Source of the DNA: an uncultured Bacteroidales bacterium
GTDB lineage: Bacteria > Bacteroidota > Bacteroidia > Bacteroidales > UBA1402
Assembly (NCBI GenBank): GCA_964488495.1
Contig: CAZAUQ010000004.1
Span: 5,316-69,315, forward strand
DNA: 64,000 nucleotides
Direction of reading: 5' to 3'
Shown: positions 39,077 through 50,160 of the stretch, piece after piece
Position numbering within the stretch: position 1 is the first letter of the stretch
How the letters are laid out: the number at the start of each line of letters is the position of its first letter
The notes under the pieces: generated by a model
Seen by the model: the letters and a program-made list of their open reading frames with translations, nothing else
Database searches by the model: none
Told to the model about the DNA's origin: nothing
Translations under genes and position numbers: made by a program

Positions 39077-39972
39077 TGTGGATCGATGGTTAAATCTTGA
39101 GTTGAAGCTGTATCAACAACAGGAATGGAATAGTATTTTATTTCGCCTTTGCGTTTGGCTTGTTCAAACATATCGTTCTCAAATTGATGAATGAATTCTG
39201 TTTTCCTGCTGTTAATTAAAATATTTTTTATCTGGGCACTCACGTAATCCAGGGGCTGAGGGCTGCCGGTTGTAATGTAATCACTGATGTACAAAAGATA
39301 ACAGTAATTGTCGTCTTCGACTTCCAGAAACTTATTGTTTCGAAGAAATTTTTCCTGGTCGGCTATGTTGGCCGGAATCTGATCCATCACATCGTCCAGA
39401 CTAGTCCATGTTTCATGGAAATATTCATAAATGCTTGCGTTTTGATACGAATATTTCTCAATGTTGTCCAGCGATTCAGTATCGTTTTTTTTGTACCAGG
39501 TTTTCAATTTATCCAATCCCGGAGCAGACAAGGGAACTTTGATAAATAATCCTTTTATCAGATTTTTATTGGATAGAAAGCGATCGACGTTTTTTTCGTA
39601 ATACTGCGCCATATCGGCCTCGGTCACTTCAGTTTCCATTTTTTCGTTCAGCGCCTGTTGCTGGTATTGATATATAATCAATGATCGACGGTAGTTCTCT
39701 ACCATCCTGTTTATTTCCGGACTTTGTCCCAGATTTTTAGTGGCAGCCAGGTATAAAATGGCTTCTTTTACCCAGTTTTCGATGTATGAATTGACAAAGC
39801 GTATGCTGTCAACTGAATTCAGGTCTGTTGGAAGAGCGTTTTGAATCTCATCAAGATACAGGACAACGTCTGAAACCTGCACAACGGCTACTCTGGGCGA
39901 TTCGGTTTCTTTGCCCAGGCATGTCTGCAGCCAGGCAGGCATAAGCAACAACAACCAGAGTAGATGTTTCAT
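39073..39972 (-). CDS. SurA N-terminal-like / PpiD-like chaperone protein without a recognisable parvulin domain
   Basis: Signal peptide and helical chaperone-like sequence. It sits between two parvulin PPIase genes, and its stop overlaps the downstream start as ATGA. I prefer the ATG at 39972 over the TTG at 39978. Confidence 0.55.
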   Translation of the reverse strand: MKHLLWLLLLMPAWLQTCLGKETESPRVAVVQVSDVVLYLDEIQNALPTDLNSVDSIRFVNSYIENWVKEAILYLAATKNLGQSPEINRMVENYRRSLIIYQYQQQALNEKMETEVTEADMAQYYEKNVDRFLSNKNLIKGLFIKVPLSAPGLDKLKTWYKKNDTESLDNIEKYSYQNASIYEYFHETWTSLDDVMDQIPANIADQEKFLRNNKFLEVEDDNYCYLLYISDYITTGSPQPLDYVSAQIKNILINSRKTEFIHQFENDMFEQAKRKGEIKYYSIPVVDTASTQDLTIDPQ

Positions 39973-40019
39973 AATCAATCATAAAAACGCAAAGATACTA
40001 AAAAACCCTCAGTATTTGC

Positions 40020-41936
40020 TTATTCTGCCTTCAGGTCCTGAAGCTGTTCTTTGAAGATACTGACCGCATACTTTTGTTTCAGTACTTTGACCCATTCCTT
40101 TTCCAGGTAGTTTTGATAATCACCGATGACTGCTCCCCGTACGTCGGAATATTCTTCGGGTCCTTTTTTCAGGACTTTACCTTTGGTGAATACCTGCGGA
40201 AATGATTTGCCCGGGGTCCAGTCACCGCTTTTGAAAACCAAATTGTCTGTAGCGGCATATTCTCCCATCACGTAAAGCCCTTGTTCCACCTTGATCAGTG
40301 TGGTGCTGTCGTTATTTAAGCTGCGTTTCAATACGACAGCCAGCGAATCGGCCTTTAATTTCCCGGCCAACTTTTGGGCTTTTTTGGCAGTGGCCTCGTC
40401 GGCACAATGGATAATGGCCCCTTTGAACCTGGGTTTATCCCATTTATAGTCGGCTTTGTTGGCTTTGAAGTAAGCTTCTAAGCCCTCCAGATCTTCAACT
40501 GCTTTTTCCCAGACTTTTTGATTGCTGATTTCAAAAAGCAAAATACCGTCGTGATACTCACGCATCAAATGGCCGAAATCAGGGTATTTTTTTTCGAGAC
40601 GGCTGTCTTCGTAAGCCAGTATTCTTTGTTCAGCGTAATCTTCAAAAGCTGAAGGGATAGAAGTGATAAGGGATTTTTTTTGCAGATAGTATTCAGCAAA
40701 ATCCGTGGCCGTTATGGTGTTTTGTTCAAAACGCGCCAATATGGGCAGCCCGGTCGCCTCTGCTTGCAACGAAGACTCCGGATTTTCAAGTCCGGCCAGG
40801 GCTTGTTCAAATTGAGCCAGAGCCTCGCGATCCGGTTGATAATTGTAGTCCTTTTTTAATTTGTTGACCAGAGCTTTCTTGCCTGCCTGAGCTCTTTCGT
40901 CGCGCTGTAAAGTATTCTTGAGCTCTTCAAGAATTTCTTCTTTTTCGGGCAGGGGAATGATTTCAAAGCGTTTTACAATGTGCCAGCCGTAGTCGGTTTT
41001 GAAAGGTTGGGAATAGTCACCGTCTTTTAAACTAAACACCTGCTGCTCGTATTCAAAGGGCAATGATCCAGGCCTTAATTCCTGGTATTTCCCTCCTTTG
41101 CCTACCACATAGCTGTCGTCATTGCGGGTGTCAGCTACCTGGGCAAAATCCTGGCCGCTTTCGAGTAAGCCCCAGATTTCGGTAATATGTTGTTTGGCTG
41201 AATCAATTACATCCTGCGGAGCACCGGTGGGAGCGGATTGAAGAATATGGCCGGAGATGTATTGTCCGGGAGCCTGGTATTTTGCATTCAGTTTTATCAG
41301 ATGATAGCCGAAGGCACTCCTGACGGGCAGACTTATTTCTCCCGGTTGGCTGTAGAAGGCGGCTTTTGCGATGGGATAAACCAGCCTGGAACAAAGAAAA
41401 GTCCCTATGTGGCCTCCGTCCTGGCTCGAATTATCCTGGGAATATTCAGCAGCCAGGCGGGCAAAATCTTCCCCTTTAAGGATGCGTTCTCTCAGCTCCA
41501 TGAGTTGATTGTATACAGCCAGGCTGTCCTGAGGGGCAGCTTTTTTATCCAGAGGAATCAGGATATGGCTCAGATCAACGTATTGGCTCATAAAAGCATA
41601 GGCTTCGTCCATCAAACTTTCTTCGGCCTGTTTATCTGTAAGATAGGGCGTTGTCAACTGGTTGCGGTAGCCCCTGAGTTCGGTAATAAAGGACTGGGCG
41701 GTGTCCAGGCCTTGAGCTTTGGCATCGGCCACCTTTAGTTTAAAGATCACGAAGAGATCTATGTATTCATCCAGGTTTATTGTATCGAGAGAGTTATTAT
41801 TTTTCTTCCAGTTGTATTCAAATTCCGATCTGAGTATTTCTTCTCCGTTGATGTTCATCACTACCGGGTCATCGACCTGAGCCCGTATATTTAAAAAGAC
41901 AATGGATAAAAGACAGACTAACAAAAATTTTCTCAT
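40020..41936 (-). CDS. peptidylprolyl isomerase (two parvulin domains)
   Basis: Signal peptide (MRKFLLVCLLSIVFLNIRAQ) and two parvulin signatures (FGYHLIKL, YGWHIVKRF). Trimmed to the ATG at 41936. Confidence 0.8.
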   Translation of the reverse strand: MRKFLLVCLLSIVFLNIRAQVDDPVVMNINGEEILRSEFEYNWKKNNNSLDTINLDEYIDLFVIFKLKVADAKAQGLDTAQSFITELRGYRNQLTTPYLTDKQAEESLMDEAYAFMSQYVDLSHILIPLDKKAAPQDSLAVYNQLMELRERILKGEDFARLAAEYSQDNSSQDGGHIGTFLCSRLVYPIAKAAFYSQPGEISLPVRSAFGYHLIKLNAKYQAPGQYISGHILQSAPTGAPQDVIDSAKQHITEIWGLLESGQDFAQVADTRNDDSYVVGKGGKYQELRPGSLPFEYEQQVFSLKDGDYSQPFKTDYGWHIVKRFEIIPLPEKEEILEELKNTLQRDERAQAGKKALVNKLKKDYNYQPDREALAQFEQALAGLENPESSLQAEATGLPILARFEQNTITATDFAEYYLQKKSLITSIPSAFEDYAEQRILAYEDSRLEKKYPDFGHLMREYHDGILLFEISNQKVWEKAVEDLEGLEAYFKANKADYKWDKPRFKGAIIHCADEATAKKAQKLAGKLKADSLAVVLKRSLNNDSTTLIKVEQGLYVMGEYAATDNLVFKSGDWTPGKSFPQVFTKGKVLKKGPEEYSDVRGAVIGDYQNYLEKEWVKVLKQKYAVSIFKEQLQDLKAE

Positions 41937-41989
41937 AAGACAATCAAGTATAATGTGAACATTATCATACAAACGTAAAAACAGGCTGT

Positions 41990-44170
41990 TTAGTTTCCGT
42001 ATTCAGAAATAAATTTAATACGAACAAGTCGGATCTCTTCTTCGGTGTAATCACCACCCAGCATATCCATGGCTTCCTGGATGCTGTCGCTGGATGAATC
42101 TTTGAAGTAATCGAAAATCTCTTCGATGTGTTCTTCGTCCATTACTTCCATCAGAAAATAGGAAATGTTTATTTTGGTGCCTGAGTATACAATTGCTTCG
42201 ATTTCGTCGAGCAGTTCCGGAAAACCCAATCCTTTGGTATTGGCCAGATCGTCCAGGGCTACTTTGCGGTCAATGGCCTGAATGATAGATACTTTTAATT
42301 TCGATTTATTGGCCACGGTACGAACACGCAAATCTTCGGGACGTTCAATTTCGTTTTCTTCCACGTGGATTTTAATCAGCGAAAGAAATTCCTGCCCATA
42401 GCGTTTGGCTTTGCCGGCTCCGACTCCCGGAATATTCTGCAATTCGTCCATCGTTATGGGGTAGGTGGTGGCCATGGCTTCCAGGGAAGGATCCTGAAAA
42501 ATAACGTAAGGAGGAAGATTGAGCTGCTTGGAGATTTTTTTGCGCAAATTCTTGAGCATGGAAAACATGATGGGATCCACGGCGCTGGTCGCACTGCCGT
42601 GCATCTGCATATCCTCTTCCATTTCCTCGTAATCCAGCTGTTCGGTGACCTTAAAGCTGCATGGTTTTTCAAGAAAATTCCTGCCTGAGTCAGTAATCTT
42701 GAGCAAACCGTAATTTTCGATTTCCTTATCCAGGTAGCCATCAATAAGAGCCTGACGGATAACGGCATTCCAGAGCTTTTCGTCCTCTTCGGCTCCCATG
42801 CCGAACAATTCCAGTTCATTGTGTTTATAGGAAACAACGTCTGAAGTTTCATTGCCTAACAAAACATCAATGACGTGATCGGTTTTGAATTTCTCTTTGA
42901 CAGCAATGACGGTTTCCAAAACCATAGAAAGTAATTCCTGAGCTTCCACTTGTTTTTTGGGATTTATGCAATTGTCGCAATTGCCACAGTTTTCTTTATC
43001 GTAAGTTTCTCCGAAATAATGAAGCAATGACTTCCTTCTGCACACCGAAGACTCTGCATAAGCCGCAGTTTCCAGTAAAAGTTCTTTGCCAATTTCCTGT
43101 TCGGCCACAGGTTTGCCCTGCATAAATTTATCGAGTTTTTGCAGATCCTTGTTGGAATAAAAAACAAGACAATGTCCTTCGCCGTCGTCGCGTCCGGCGC
43201 GTCCTGTTTCCTGATAATAGCCTTCGAGGCTTTTGGGGATATCGTAATGAATTACAAAGCGCACATCCGATTTGTCAATACCCATCCCAAAAGCGATAGT
43301 TGCCACAATGACATCCACCCTTTCCATCAAAAAAGCGTCCTGGTTGGCTGTCCTGGTTTGTGAATCCATGCCGGCATGATAAGGGAGAGCTTTAATGCCG
43401 TTTACCTGCAGGGTTTCGGCCAGCTTCTCCACTTTTTTGCGGCTCAGGCAATAGATAATACCCGACTTGCCGGGATTGGCCTTGATGTATTTAATAATGT
43501 CTTTATCTATGTTCGATGTTTTGGCTCTGACCTCGTAAAAAAGATTGGGGCGGTTGAAGGACGATTTAAATACAGTGGCATCTGTCATCCCCAGATTCTT
43601 TTGAATATCGTGTTGTACCTTGGGTGTGGCGGTGGCTGTCAGCGCCACGATAGGCGCTCTGCCGATCTCGTTGATCAGGGGGCGGATACGCCGGTATTCC
43701 GGTCTGAAGTCATGCCCCCACTCTGAGATACAGTGAGCTTCGTCCACTGCAAAGAGCGAAATGGGGATTTGTTTTAGAAAATCGATGTTTTCTTCTTTGG
43801 TCAGAGATTCGGGAGCTACGTAGAGCAATTTGGTTTTGCCCGACACAATATCGTTGCGCACCTGGTCGATGGCGGCTTTGTTCAATGAAGAATTAATAAA
43901 ATGAGCTACCCCGTCCTCGTCACTGAAATTTCGCATGGAATCCACCTGATTCTTCATCAGGGCAATAAGAGGGGAAATAACAATTGCCGTGCCTTTCATA
44001 AGCAGGGAAGGCAATTGATAACATAACGACTTTCCTCCTCCGGTGGGCATGAGCACGAAAGTGTCCTTGCCTTCCATTATGTTCCGGATGATAGCCTCTT
44101 GATTTCCTTTGAAAGTGTCGAATCCAAAATACAACTTAAGACTTTCAGCCAAAGGATTGGATTTTGCCAT
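41990..44170 (-). CDS. recQ: ATP-dependent DNA helicase RecQ
   Basis: 726 aa with MPTGGGKSLCYQLP, the DEAH box VDEAHCISEWGHDFRPEY, a zinc-binding Cys cluster (CRR...CGNCDNC) and a C-terminal HRDC region. Confidence 0.95.
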   Translation of the reverse strand: MAKSNPLAESLKLYFGFDTFKGNQEAIIRNIMEGKDTFVLMPTGGGKSLCYQLPSLLMKGTAIVISPLIALMKNQVDSMRNFSDEDGVAHFINSSLNKAAIDQVRNDIVSGKTKLLYVAPESLTKEENIDFLKQIPISLFAVDEAHCISEWGHDFRPEYRRIRPLINEIGRAPIVALTATATPKVQHDIQKNLGMTDATVFKSSFNRPNLFYEVRAKTSNIDKDIIKYIKANPGKSGIIYCLSRKKVEKLAETLQVNGIKALPYHAGMDSQTRTANQDAFLMERVDVIVATIAFGMGIDKSDVRFVIHYDIPKSLEGYYQETGRAGRDDGEGHCLVFYSNKDLQKLDKFMQGKPVAEQEIGKELLLETAAYAESSVCRRKSLLHYFGETYDKENCGNCDNCINPKKQVEAQELLSMVLETVIAVKEKFKTDHVIDVLLGNETSDVVSYKHNELELFGMGAEEDEKLWNAVIRQALIDGYLDKEIENYGLLKITDSGRNFLEKPCSFKVTEQLDYEEMEEDMQMHGSATSAVDPIMFSMLKNLRKKISKQLNLPPYVIFQDPSLEAMATTYPITMDELQNIPGVGAGKAKRYGQEFLSLIKIHVEENEIERPEDLRVRTVANKSKLKVSIIQAIDRKVALDDLANTKGLGFPELLDEIEAIVYSGTKINISYFLMEVMDEEHIEEIFDYFKDSSSDSIQEAMDMLGGDYTEEEIRLVRIKFISEYGN

Positions 44171-44263
44171 AGCTACTTTTTTTTGCTGAAAACAAATTTA
44201 AAAACAAATCTTTCAGAATACCAACAAATAAAGGAAAAAACTGGAATAAATTTCTATAACGCA

Positions 44264-45499
44264 CTACTTCACCTTGAGCCTGACCTGATTAGCCGCCTCA
44301 ATTTTGGATTGAGCGTATTTTAAATCTATGCGGATATTCTTTTTCTGCCGGGAAGGTGTTTCGTACATCACGTCCATCATGATGGTTTCGGCGATGGAAC
44401 GCAAACCTCTTGCCCCAAGCTTGAATTCAATGGCTTTGTCTACTATATATTCAAAGACATCATCGTCAAAGTTCAAAGTCACCCCGTCCATCTCGAAAAG
44501 CTTAACGTATTGCTTAATGATGGAATTTTTCGGCTCTGTAAGAATGGCCCGTAATGCTTTACGATCCAGGGCTTCCAGATAGGTGAGCACAGGGAGCCTC
44601 CCGATGATTTCCGGAATCATTCCAAAAGCTTTGAGATCCTGTGGTGCAATGTATTGCAACAAGTTCTCGCGGTCAATCCGGGCAATTTGTTTAGAGGCTC
44701 CAAAACCGACCACCTGGGTATTTAAGCGAGCTGCTATCTTTTTTTCAATACCGTCAAAAGCACCGCCACAGATAAACAAGATGTGTTGTGTGTTTACGGC
44801 AATCATTTTTTGTTCGGGATGTTTACGTCCTCCCTGAGGCGGGACATTTACCACAGAGCCTTCGAGCAGTTTCAGTAAGCCCTGTTGTACTCCTTCGCCA
44901 CTGACGTCACGTGTGATGGAAGGATTATCTCCCTTGCGGGCAATCTTGTCTATTTCGTCGATAAAAACGATGCCCTTTTCGGCGGCAGCCACATCGTAGT
45001 CTGCCACCTGAAGCAGGCGTGTCAGCAGGCTTTCTATGTCTTCACCCACGTAGCCGGCTTCGGTAAGTACCGTGGCATCCACTATGGTAAAAGGCACCTT
45101 CAGTTTTTTGGCTATGGTTTTTGCCAGCAAGGTTTTGCCTGTGCCGGTAGCCCCTACCATAATGATATTTGATTTCTCTATCTCTACTTCATCGTCCTTT
45201 TTCGTTTGCATCAACCTTTTATAATGGTTGTAGACTGAAACGGAAAGGAATTTTTTAGCTTCTTCCTGGCCAATGACGTATTGGTCCAAAAAAGTTTTGA
45301 TTTCTTTGGGTTTGGGCAAATCAGCAGCCTCCAGTCTGAAGGACTGATTTTTCGATGAGCCTATGATTTCTTTGCTCATGTCGTGAGCCCTTTCTGCGCA
45401 TTCTTCACAAATATGAGCCGAAATACCCGAAATCAAAAGTGCAACTTCGTTACGCGATCTGCCGCAAAAACTGCATTTATCTGTGGATGTTTTAGCCAT
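44264..45499 (-). CDS. clpX: ATP-dependent Clp protease ATP-binding subunit ClpX
   Basis: N-terminal zinc finger CSFCGR...CEEC, Walker [12 protein letters not shown] and the [10 protein letters not shown] Walker B region. Confidence 0.97.
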   Translation of the reverse strand: MAKTSTDKCSFCGRSRNEVALLISGISAHICEECAERAHDMSKEIIGSSKNQSFRLEAADLPKPKEIKTFLDQYVIGQEEAKKFLSVSVYNHYKRLMQTKKDDEVEIEKSNIIMVGATGTGKTLLAKTIAKKLKVPFTIVDATVLTEAGYVGEDIESLLTRLLQVADYDVAAAEKGIVFIDEIDKIARKGDNPSITRDVSGEGVQQGLLKLLEGSVVNVPPQGGRKHPEQKMIAVNTQHILFICGGAFDGIEKKIAARLNTQVVGFGASKQIARIDRENLLQYIAPQDLKAFGMIPEIIGRLPVLTYLEALDRKALRAILTEPKNSIIKQYVKLFEMDGVTLNFDDDVFEYIVDKAIEFKLGARGLRSIAETIMMDVMYETPSRQKKNIRIDLKYAQSKIEAANQVRLKVK

Positions 45500-45501
45500 T
45501 A

Positions 45502-46170
45502 TTATTTGCTCTTCAACATCACCTCGTCAATCATTCCGTATTCTTTGGCTTCGGTAGCAGTCATCCAATAGTCACGGTCGGAATCTTTTTCGATTTGTTC
45601 AACACTTTGTCCGGAATGAGATGAGATAATAGAATACAATTCTTTTTTAATCTTCTGAATTTCTCTTACCGTGATTTCCATATCAGAAGCCTGGCCTTGA
45701 ACTCCGCCCATGGGTTGATGTATCATTACCCTGGAATGTTTCAATGCAAAACGTTTGCCTTTAGCACCGGCTACCAGAAGAACGGCGGCCATCGATGCCG
45801 CCATGCCCGTGCAAATAGTGGAAACATCACTTGAAATAAACTGCATGGTGTCGTAAATGCCCAATCCGGCGTAAACAGCTCCACCGGGAGAATTCAGGTA
45901 CAAAGAAATGTCTTTGCCCGGATCAGAAGAATCCAGGTAAAGCAACTGAGCCTGTACCACGTTTGCTGTATAATCATCCACCTGGGTGCCCAGGAAAATG
46001 ATACGGTCCATCATCAGACGTGAAAAAACATCCATTTGAGCCACATTCAGTTGTCTCTCTTCTATAATGGTAGGAGAAATATAGCTGTTGTCGGTGATTT
46101 TTGAATACTGATCTAAAGCCATACCATCCATTCCTAAATGACGGATGGCGTATTTTCTGAAATCATTCAT
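45502..46170 (-). CDS. clpP: ATP-dependent Clp protease proteolytic subunit
   Basis: 222 aa with RIIFLG, the GMAASMAA Ser site and MIHQPMGG. Confidence 0.97.
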   Translation of the reverse strand: MNDFRKYAIRHLGMDGMALDQYSKITDNSYISPTIIEERQLNVAQMDVFSRLMMDRIIFLGTQVDDYTANVVQAQLLYLDSSDPGKDISLYLNSPGGAVYAGLGIYDTMQFISSDVSTICTGMAASMAAVLLVAGAKGKRFALKHSRVMIHQPMGGVQGQASDMEITVREIQKIKKELYSIISSHSGQSVEQIEKDSDRDYWMTATEAKEYGMIDEVMLKSK

Positions 46171-47534
46171 GCTTTTTCATTTTGGTAAAGTTTATTGAAT
46201 TCTTCGGCTGTAATGGTTTTTTCGTTCAACTTTACAGCAGACTTGAGGTAGTCGGCGACCTTGGCACTGTTGGTCTGGTCGCTCAGGTTCCTTGCCGTTT
46301 CGGGTTTTTTGAGCATTTCGGCGGCGTAATTGTTCAATAAATCATCCGGGACGGACATCATGCCGTATTGGGCAAATTGAGCCCGGGTTACTTTTTTGGC
46401 GGTTTCCAGGACATCGGCTTCGCTTACCTGAATATTGTTGCTTTTGATGATTTGTTCCTTCATCAAATGCCATTTCAGTTCTTCGATAATCTTGGGCATA
46501 TCCTGTTCGATGGTATCAGGATTGCGTTTTTCATCGGCTACCAGGAGCCAGCGTTTCAGAAATTCAACGGGGAATTCCACATCTTTGAGTTTTTTGACCA
46601 GTTGTTTTTCGGCATCTACCATAAAACGATAGTCGCTTTCGGGTGTAAACTGAGCTTCGATTTCTTCTTTCACTTTTTCACGGAAAGCTTCTTCTGATGT
46701 GACAGTGTCCTTGCCGTAAATCTGGTCGAACAGTTCCTGACTGAGTTCTGCTTCCTTGAAACGACTGATTTCTTTTACTTCGAATTCAAAATCAGACTTA
46801 ACTTCGACGGCTTTTCCTTTGGGCAAATGAAGCATAGAAGCCAATTCTGCCTCGTGTCCTTCTGTGGCTTCATGAGGATTGAATCTGACTTTGTCGCCGA
46901 TATGAACGCCCATCATTTTGGCTTTTTCTTCTTCGCTTTTGAAATAGGCAGGGAGAATAATAGCCTCTTCAACTTTTACGAGATCTTCTGAATCGCTTTG
47001 GCCTTCTTCGGGAATTTCTGCCAGTACTCCTTTGATGGTATCGCCTTCGCGCGATTCTTCAACTTTTTCGTAATTTCCGCCGCGACTGGTCAGTGATTTA
47101 ATTTGTTTCTCCAGCATGTCGTCGGTTACCTCTATTTTGTAATAGGGGATGCTGTCTTTTTTTGTTATCGTGAAATTCAGTTCAGGAGCCAGGGCAAGAT
47201 CAAAAACAAACTCAAAATCTTCGCGGGTGTTGAAATCCATAGGAGCTTGTTGTTCATTGGGCAGGGGTTCACCAAGGATGTTCAGATTGTTTTCTTTAAT
47301 GTAATTATACAAGGCTTCCGATACAATTTTATTGATTTCTTCTGCCAGGACTGCTTTACCGTACATTTTTTGAACCAGGCCCATAGGCACCATTCCCGGA
47401 CGGAAACCCGGCACATTGGCCTTTTGACGATAGGTTTTGAGCGTTTTTTCTACTTTTTCCTGATAGTCAGCTTTGACTAAGTTGATTTTGATACTTGCAT
47501 TGACCGAATCAATGATTTGTTTTTCTACATTCAT
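46167..47534 (-). CDS. tig: trigger factor
   Basis: About 455 aa with the ribosome-binding motif GFRPGMVP, upstream of clpP with an ATGA overlap. The track ORF begins at an upstream TTG; I trimmed it to the ATG at 47534. Confidence 0.92.
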   Translation of the reverse strand: MNVEKQIIDSVNASIKINLVKADYQEKVEKTLKTYRQKANVPGFRPGMVPMGLVQKMYGKAVLAEEINKIVSEALYNYIKENNLNILGEPLPNEQQAPMDFNTREDFEFVFDLALAPELNFTITKKDSIPYYKIEVTDDMLEKQIKSLTSRGGNYEKVEESREGDTIKGVLAEIPEEGQSDSEDLVKVEEAIILPAYFKSEEEKAKMMGVHIGDKVRFNPHEATEGHEAELASMLHLPKGKAVEVKSDFEFEVKEISRFKEAELSQELFDQIYGKDTVTSEEAFREKVKEEIEAQFTPESDYRFMVDAEKQLVKKLKDVEFPVEFLKRWLLVADEKRNPDTIEQDMPKIIEELKWHLMKEQIIKSNNIQVSEADVLETAKKVTRAQFAQYGMMSVPDDLLNNYAAEMLKKPETARNLSDQTNSAKVADYLKSAVKLNEKTITAEEFNKLYQNEKA

Positions 47535-47632
47535 GTTGTTGATGTTTGAACCTGTCCTTTTGCCGAACAAGCTTTGCAAAGCAGGGCTTTGTCCTTCTGC
47601 TTGTTGCTCTTAAAGGCATTTTTTTGGAGAGG

Positions 47633-47640
47633 CAAAAATA
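47633..47640 (-). promoter_or_regulatory. candidate -7 promoter box (TATTTTTG on the minus strand) for tig-clpP-clpX
   Basis: Plus-strand CAAAAATA, 99 nt upstream of the tig ATG. Confidence 0.3.
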
Positions 47641-47672
47641 CTCTTAATCTTTGAATTGACAAAACTTTGAAT

Positions 47673-47680
47673 TAGGTTTG
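47673..47680 (+). promoter_or_regulatory. candidate -7 promoter box (TAGGTTTG) for the CPBP/RACo-like pair
   Basis: TAnnTTTG match 19 nt upstream of the ATG at 47699. Confidence 0.35.
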
Positions 47681-47698
47681 CAAAAAAATGCTCATTGA

Positions 47699-48616
47699 AT
47701 GATAAAGATCGATAGAAACAATATGGGATTAAGGCTTATAGTGCTGATAGCCATATTAATAATTGCTCTGTTTTTGAGCCCCTTACTTCTCAGCCTTTTT
47801 TTAATTCTCTGCCGTGGTTTGAACTTCGATCAGTTCTATTCTGAATGGAGCACACAAATGAGCAATCCTTCTTTTCTTTTGTTGATGCAAGGCTTGCAAA
47901 CCCTCCTGGTGTTTATACTTCCTCCTTTTTTGTTAAACTATTGGTATGGAGAAAAAAACAGCACTTTTTTAAAGTTAGTCAGAGCTAAACCCATTGATCT
48001 TTTACTGGCCATGTTCAGCATTTTGGCAGCCATACCCTTGATTAATTTTTTGGTGAGCTGGAATCAGGACATTCAGTTGCCCTCCTTTTTGGAAGGAGTA
48101 GAAAAATGGATGAGAGCTGCCGAAGAAAATGCAGAACGCGCTACCGAACTGATGTTGCAGGGAAAATCCCCGGTCGATTTGTTTTGGCAACTGCTGGTAG
48201 TGGCCATTATGGCCGGTTTTGGAGAAGAACTGCTTTTTAGGGGAACTTTGCAAAGTCTCTTTTCTGTTAAGGGCAGAATTCAGTTGGCAATCTGGATTAC
48301 TGCCTTGGTGTTCAGCTCTATTCATCTGCAGTTTTATGGTTTTATACCACGTTTATTGTTGGGAGCCTGGTTTGGCTACCTGCTTTACTGGTCAGGATCG
48401 ATCTGGGTTCCCATGGCGGCTCATTTTGCAAACAATGCTTTTTCCGTACTGTTTCATTTCGCCGAAAAAAACAATTACCTGGCAGCTGATCCCGAACTGC
48501 TGGGAGTCGGAAAATATTCCTGGCAACTTATTCCCTCAGTACTGTTGTTGGTTGCTTGCGGCTTGTTTTTTTACTTACGTTTCAGAAAATCGACATTAAA
48601 AAAGAATTATGTATAA
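47699..48616 (+). CDS. CPBP family intramembrane glutamic endopeptidase (CAAX protease/Abi family)
   Basis: Multi-pass membrane protein with the EELLFRG motif 1, FSSIHLQF motif and HFANN motif. Confidence 0.8.
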   Translation: MIKIDRNNMGLRLIVLIAILIIALFLSPLLLSLFLILCRGLNFDQFYSEWSTQMSNPSFLLLMQGLQTLLVFILPPFLLNYWYGEKNSTFLKLVRAKPIDLLLAMFSILAAIPLINFLVSWNQDIQLPSFLEGVEKWMRAAEENAERATELMLQGKSPVDLFWQLLVVAIMAGFGEELLFRGTLQSLFSVKGRIQLAIWITALVFSSIHLQFYGFIPRLLLGAWFGYLLYWSGSIWVPMAAHFANNAFSVLFHFAEKNNYLAADPELLGVGKYSWQLIPSVLLLVACGLFFYLRFRKSTLKKNYV

Positions 48617-50081
48617 GATTCTGTTGAAAGAAGGTTCCCGTACGAGAGTAATTCAAACACAAAGCCAACAGAGCCTGCTGGATATTCTCAGAAACGAGGG
48701 CTTGTCTGTATATGCCCCTTGTGGAGGAAAAGGTCGTTGCGGTAAATGTATAGTCGATATCAAAGGAGAGGGAAAAGTGTTGGCTTGTAATTATTATCCT
48801 GACAGAGATGTCGATGTAATTCTACCCGCTAAAGAAGAAGCTCAGATACTCACCACTCAAACAACTTATCTCGAAGATTTGACTCCCGTACACAGTCGGC
48901 CTTTAGTACATCCCGATGCTTACGGGGCAGCCATAGACTTGGGTACCACCACGGTAGTCTGTTATTTTTTGCATTTAGCCAGCGGGCGTATTTTAAAAAT
49001 CAGTTCCTGGATGAATCCGCAAAAGGTTTACGGAGCCGATGTTATTTCAAGAATCAGCTATTGTCAGGAAAATCCGGGCGGGCTCAAAAGGCTGCAATCA
49101 ATTTTGACAGAATCAATCAATAAAGAATTTGAAGTCTTCCTGTCCGAAATGAAAGCCGGCAGGCAGCAAATTCAGGAAGTAGTGGTTGCAGGCAATACAA
49201 CCATGCTGCATATTTTATTGGGATACGATCCTGAGCCCCTGGCCCTGGCTCCCTTTACTCCGGCTTTTACTGCTCAACAAGAGCTCGTGGCGGGACAATG
49301 TTCATTATTACTGCATCCACTGGGCCGTTTGATTACTCTGCCCTGCCTTTCGGCTTATGTCGGTGCCGATATCGTTGCCGGGCTGGCTGTGCTGAATGTA
49401 ACTCAGCAAAATTATCTCTTTCTGGACATCGGAACCAACGGAGAAATGGCCTTGGTCAAAGGGAAAGAAATATTTACCTGTGCCACGGCTGCCGGCCCCG
49501 CTTTCGAAGGAGCCAGCCTTAGTAGCGGGATGCCTGCCCTGCAGGGAGCCGTCGCCGCTTTTGAAAATCCCGGAAAATACAAAGTCATTGGAGATACCAC
49601 AGCCACAGGTATTTGCGGTTCGGGTGTCATCGATGTGGTCGCCTGGCTGCTGCGCAACAACCTGATGGATGAAAGTGGTTTGATTCAACAGAATTTTGAA
49701 ATTTGCCCTGGTGTACTGATAACTCAGGCCGATATCCGCGAAATTCAACTGGCAAAATCAGCCATTTATTCAGGCATTAAAATTTTGCTCAAGCGGGCCG
49801 GTCTGGATTTTAAAGATCTGGAAGCCTTGTTTCTGGCCGGCGGCCTGGGAAATTATATTCATATACCTTCGGCTGTAGAAATAGGCCTGCTCCCGGCCGA
49901 ACTCAGGGATAAAACTTTTCCGGTAGGCAACAGCGCGGGTATTGGTGCCTTGCAGTTTCTTCGTTCAGAGGAGTTTGCCAAAAAAGTGGACAAGGTGGTT
50001 CAACAATCACAATACATAGAATTGTCCAACGACGAAGATTTTGTATTGGAGTTTGCCATGAATATGGATTTTTTGAAATAA
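48609..50081 (+). CDS. 2Fe-2S ferredoxin domain / ASKHA-fold ATPase protein (RACo-like, DUF4445 type)
   Basis: N-terminal plant-type 2Fe-2S Cys pattern (C38, C44, C47, C60: CGGKGRCGKC...LAC). Actin/sugar-kinase-like phosphate motifs follow (AIDLGTTTV, LDIGTNGE, GNSAG). The start overlaps the CPBP stop by 8 nt. Confidence 0.8.
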   Translation: MYKILLKEGSRTRVIQTQSQQSLLDILRNEGLSVYAPCGGKGRCGKCIVDIKGEGKVLACNYYPDRDVDVILPAKEEAQILTTQTTYLEDLTPVHSRPLVHPDAYGAAIDLGTTTVVCYFLHLASGRILKISSWMNPQKVYGADVISRISYCQENPGGLKRLQSILTESINKEFEVFLSEMKAGRQQIQEVVVAGNTTMLHILLGYDPEPLALAPFTPAFTAQQELVAGQCSLLLHPLGRLITLPCLSAYVGADIVAGLAVLNVTQQNYLFLDIGTNGEMALVKGKEIFTCATAAGPAFEGASLSSGMPALQGAVAAFENPGKYKVIGDTTATGICGSGVIDVVAWLLRNNLMDESGLIQQNFEICPGVLITQADIREIQLAKSAIYSGIKILLKRAGLDFKDLEALFLAGGLGNYIHIPSAVEIGLLPAELRDKTFPVGNSAGIGALQFLRSEEFAKKVDKVVQQSQYIELSNDEDFVLEFAMNMDFLK

Positions 50082-50160
50082 TTCATAAAATAAAGCCCCT
50101 AAGATTTGTTTATTTATCGCAAGTGAATGACTTTTGCAGTTTTAAACTCAATTTCATTCG

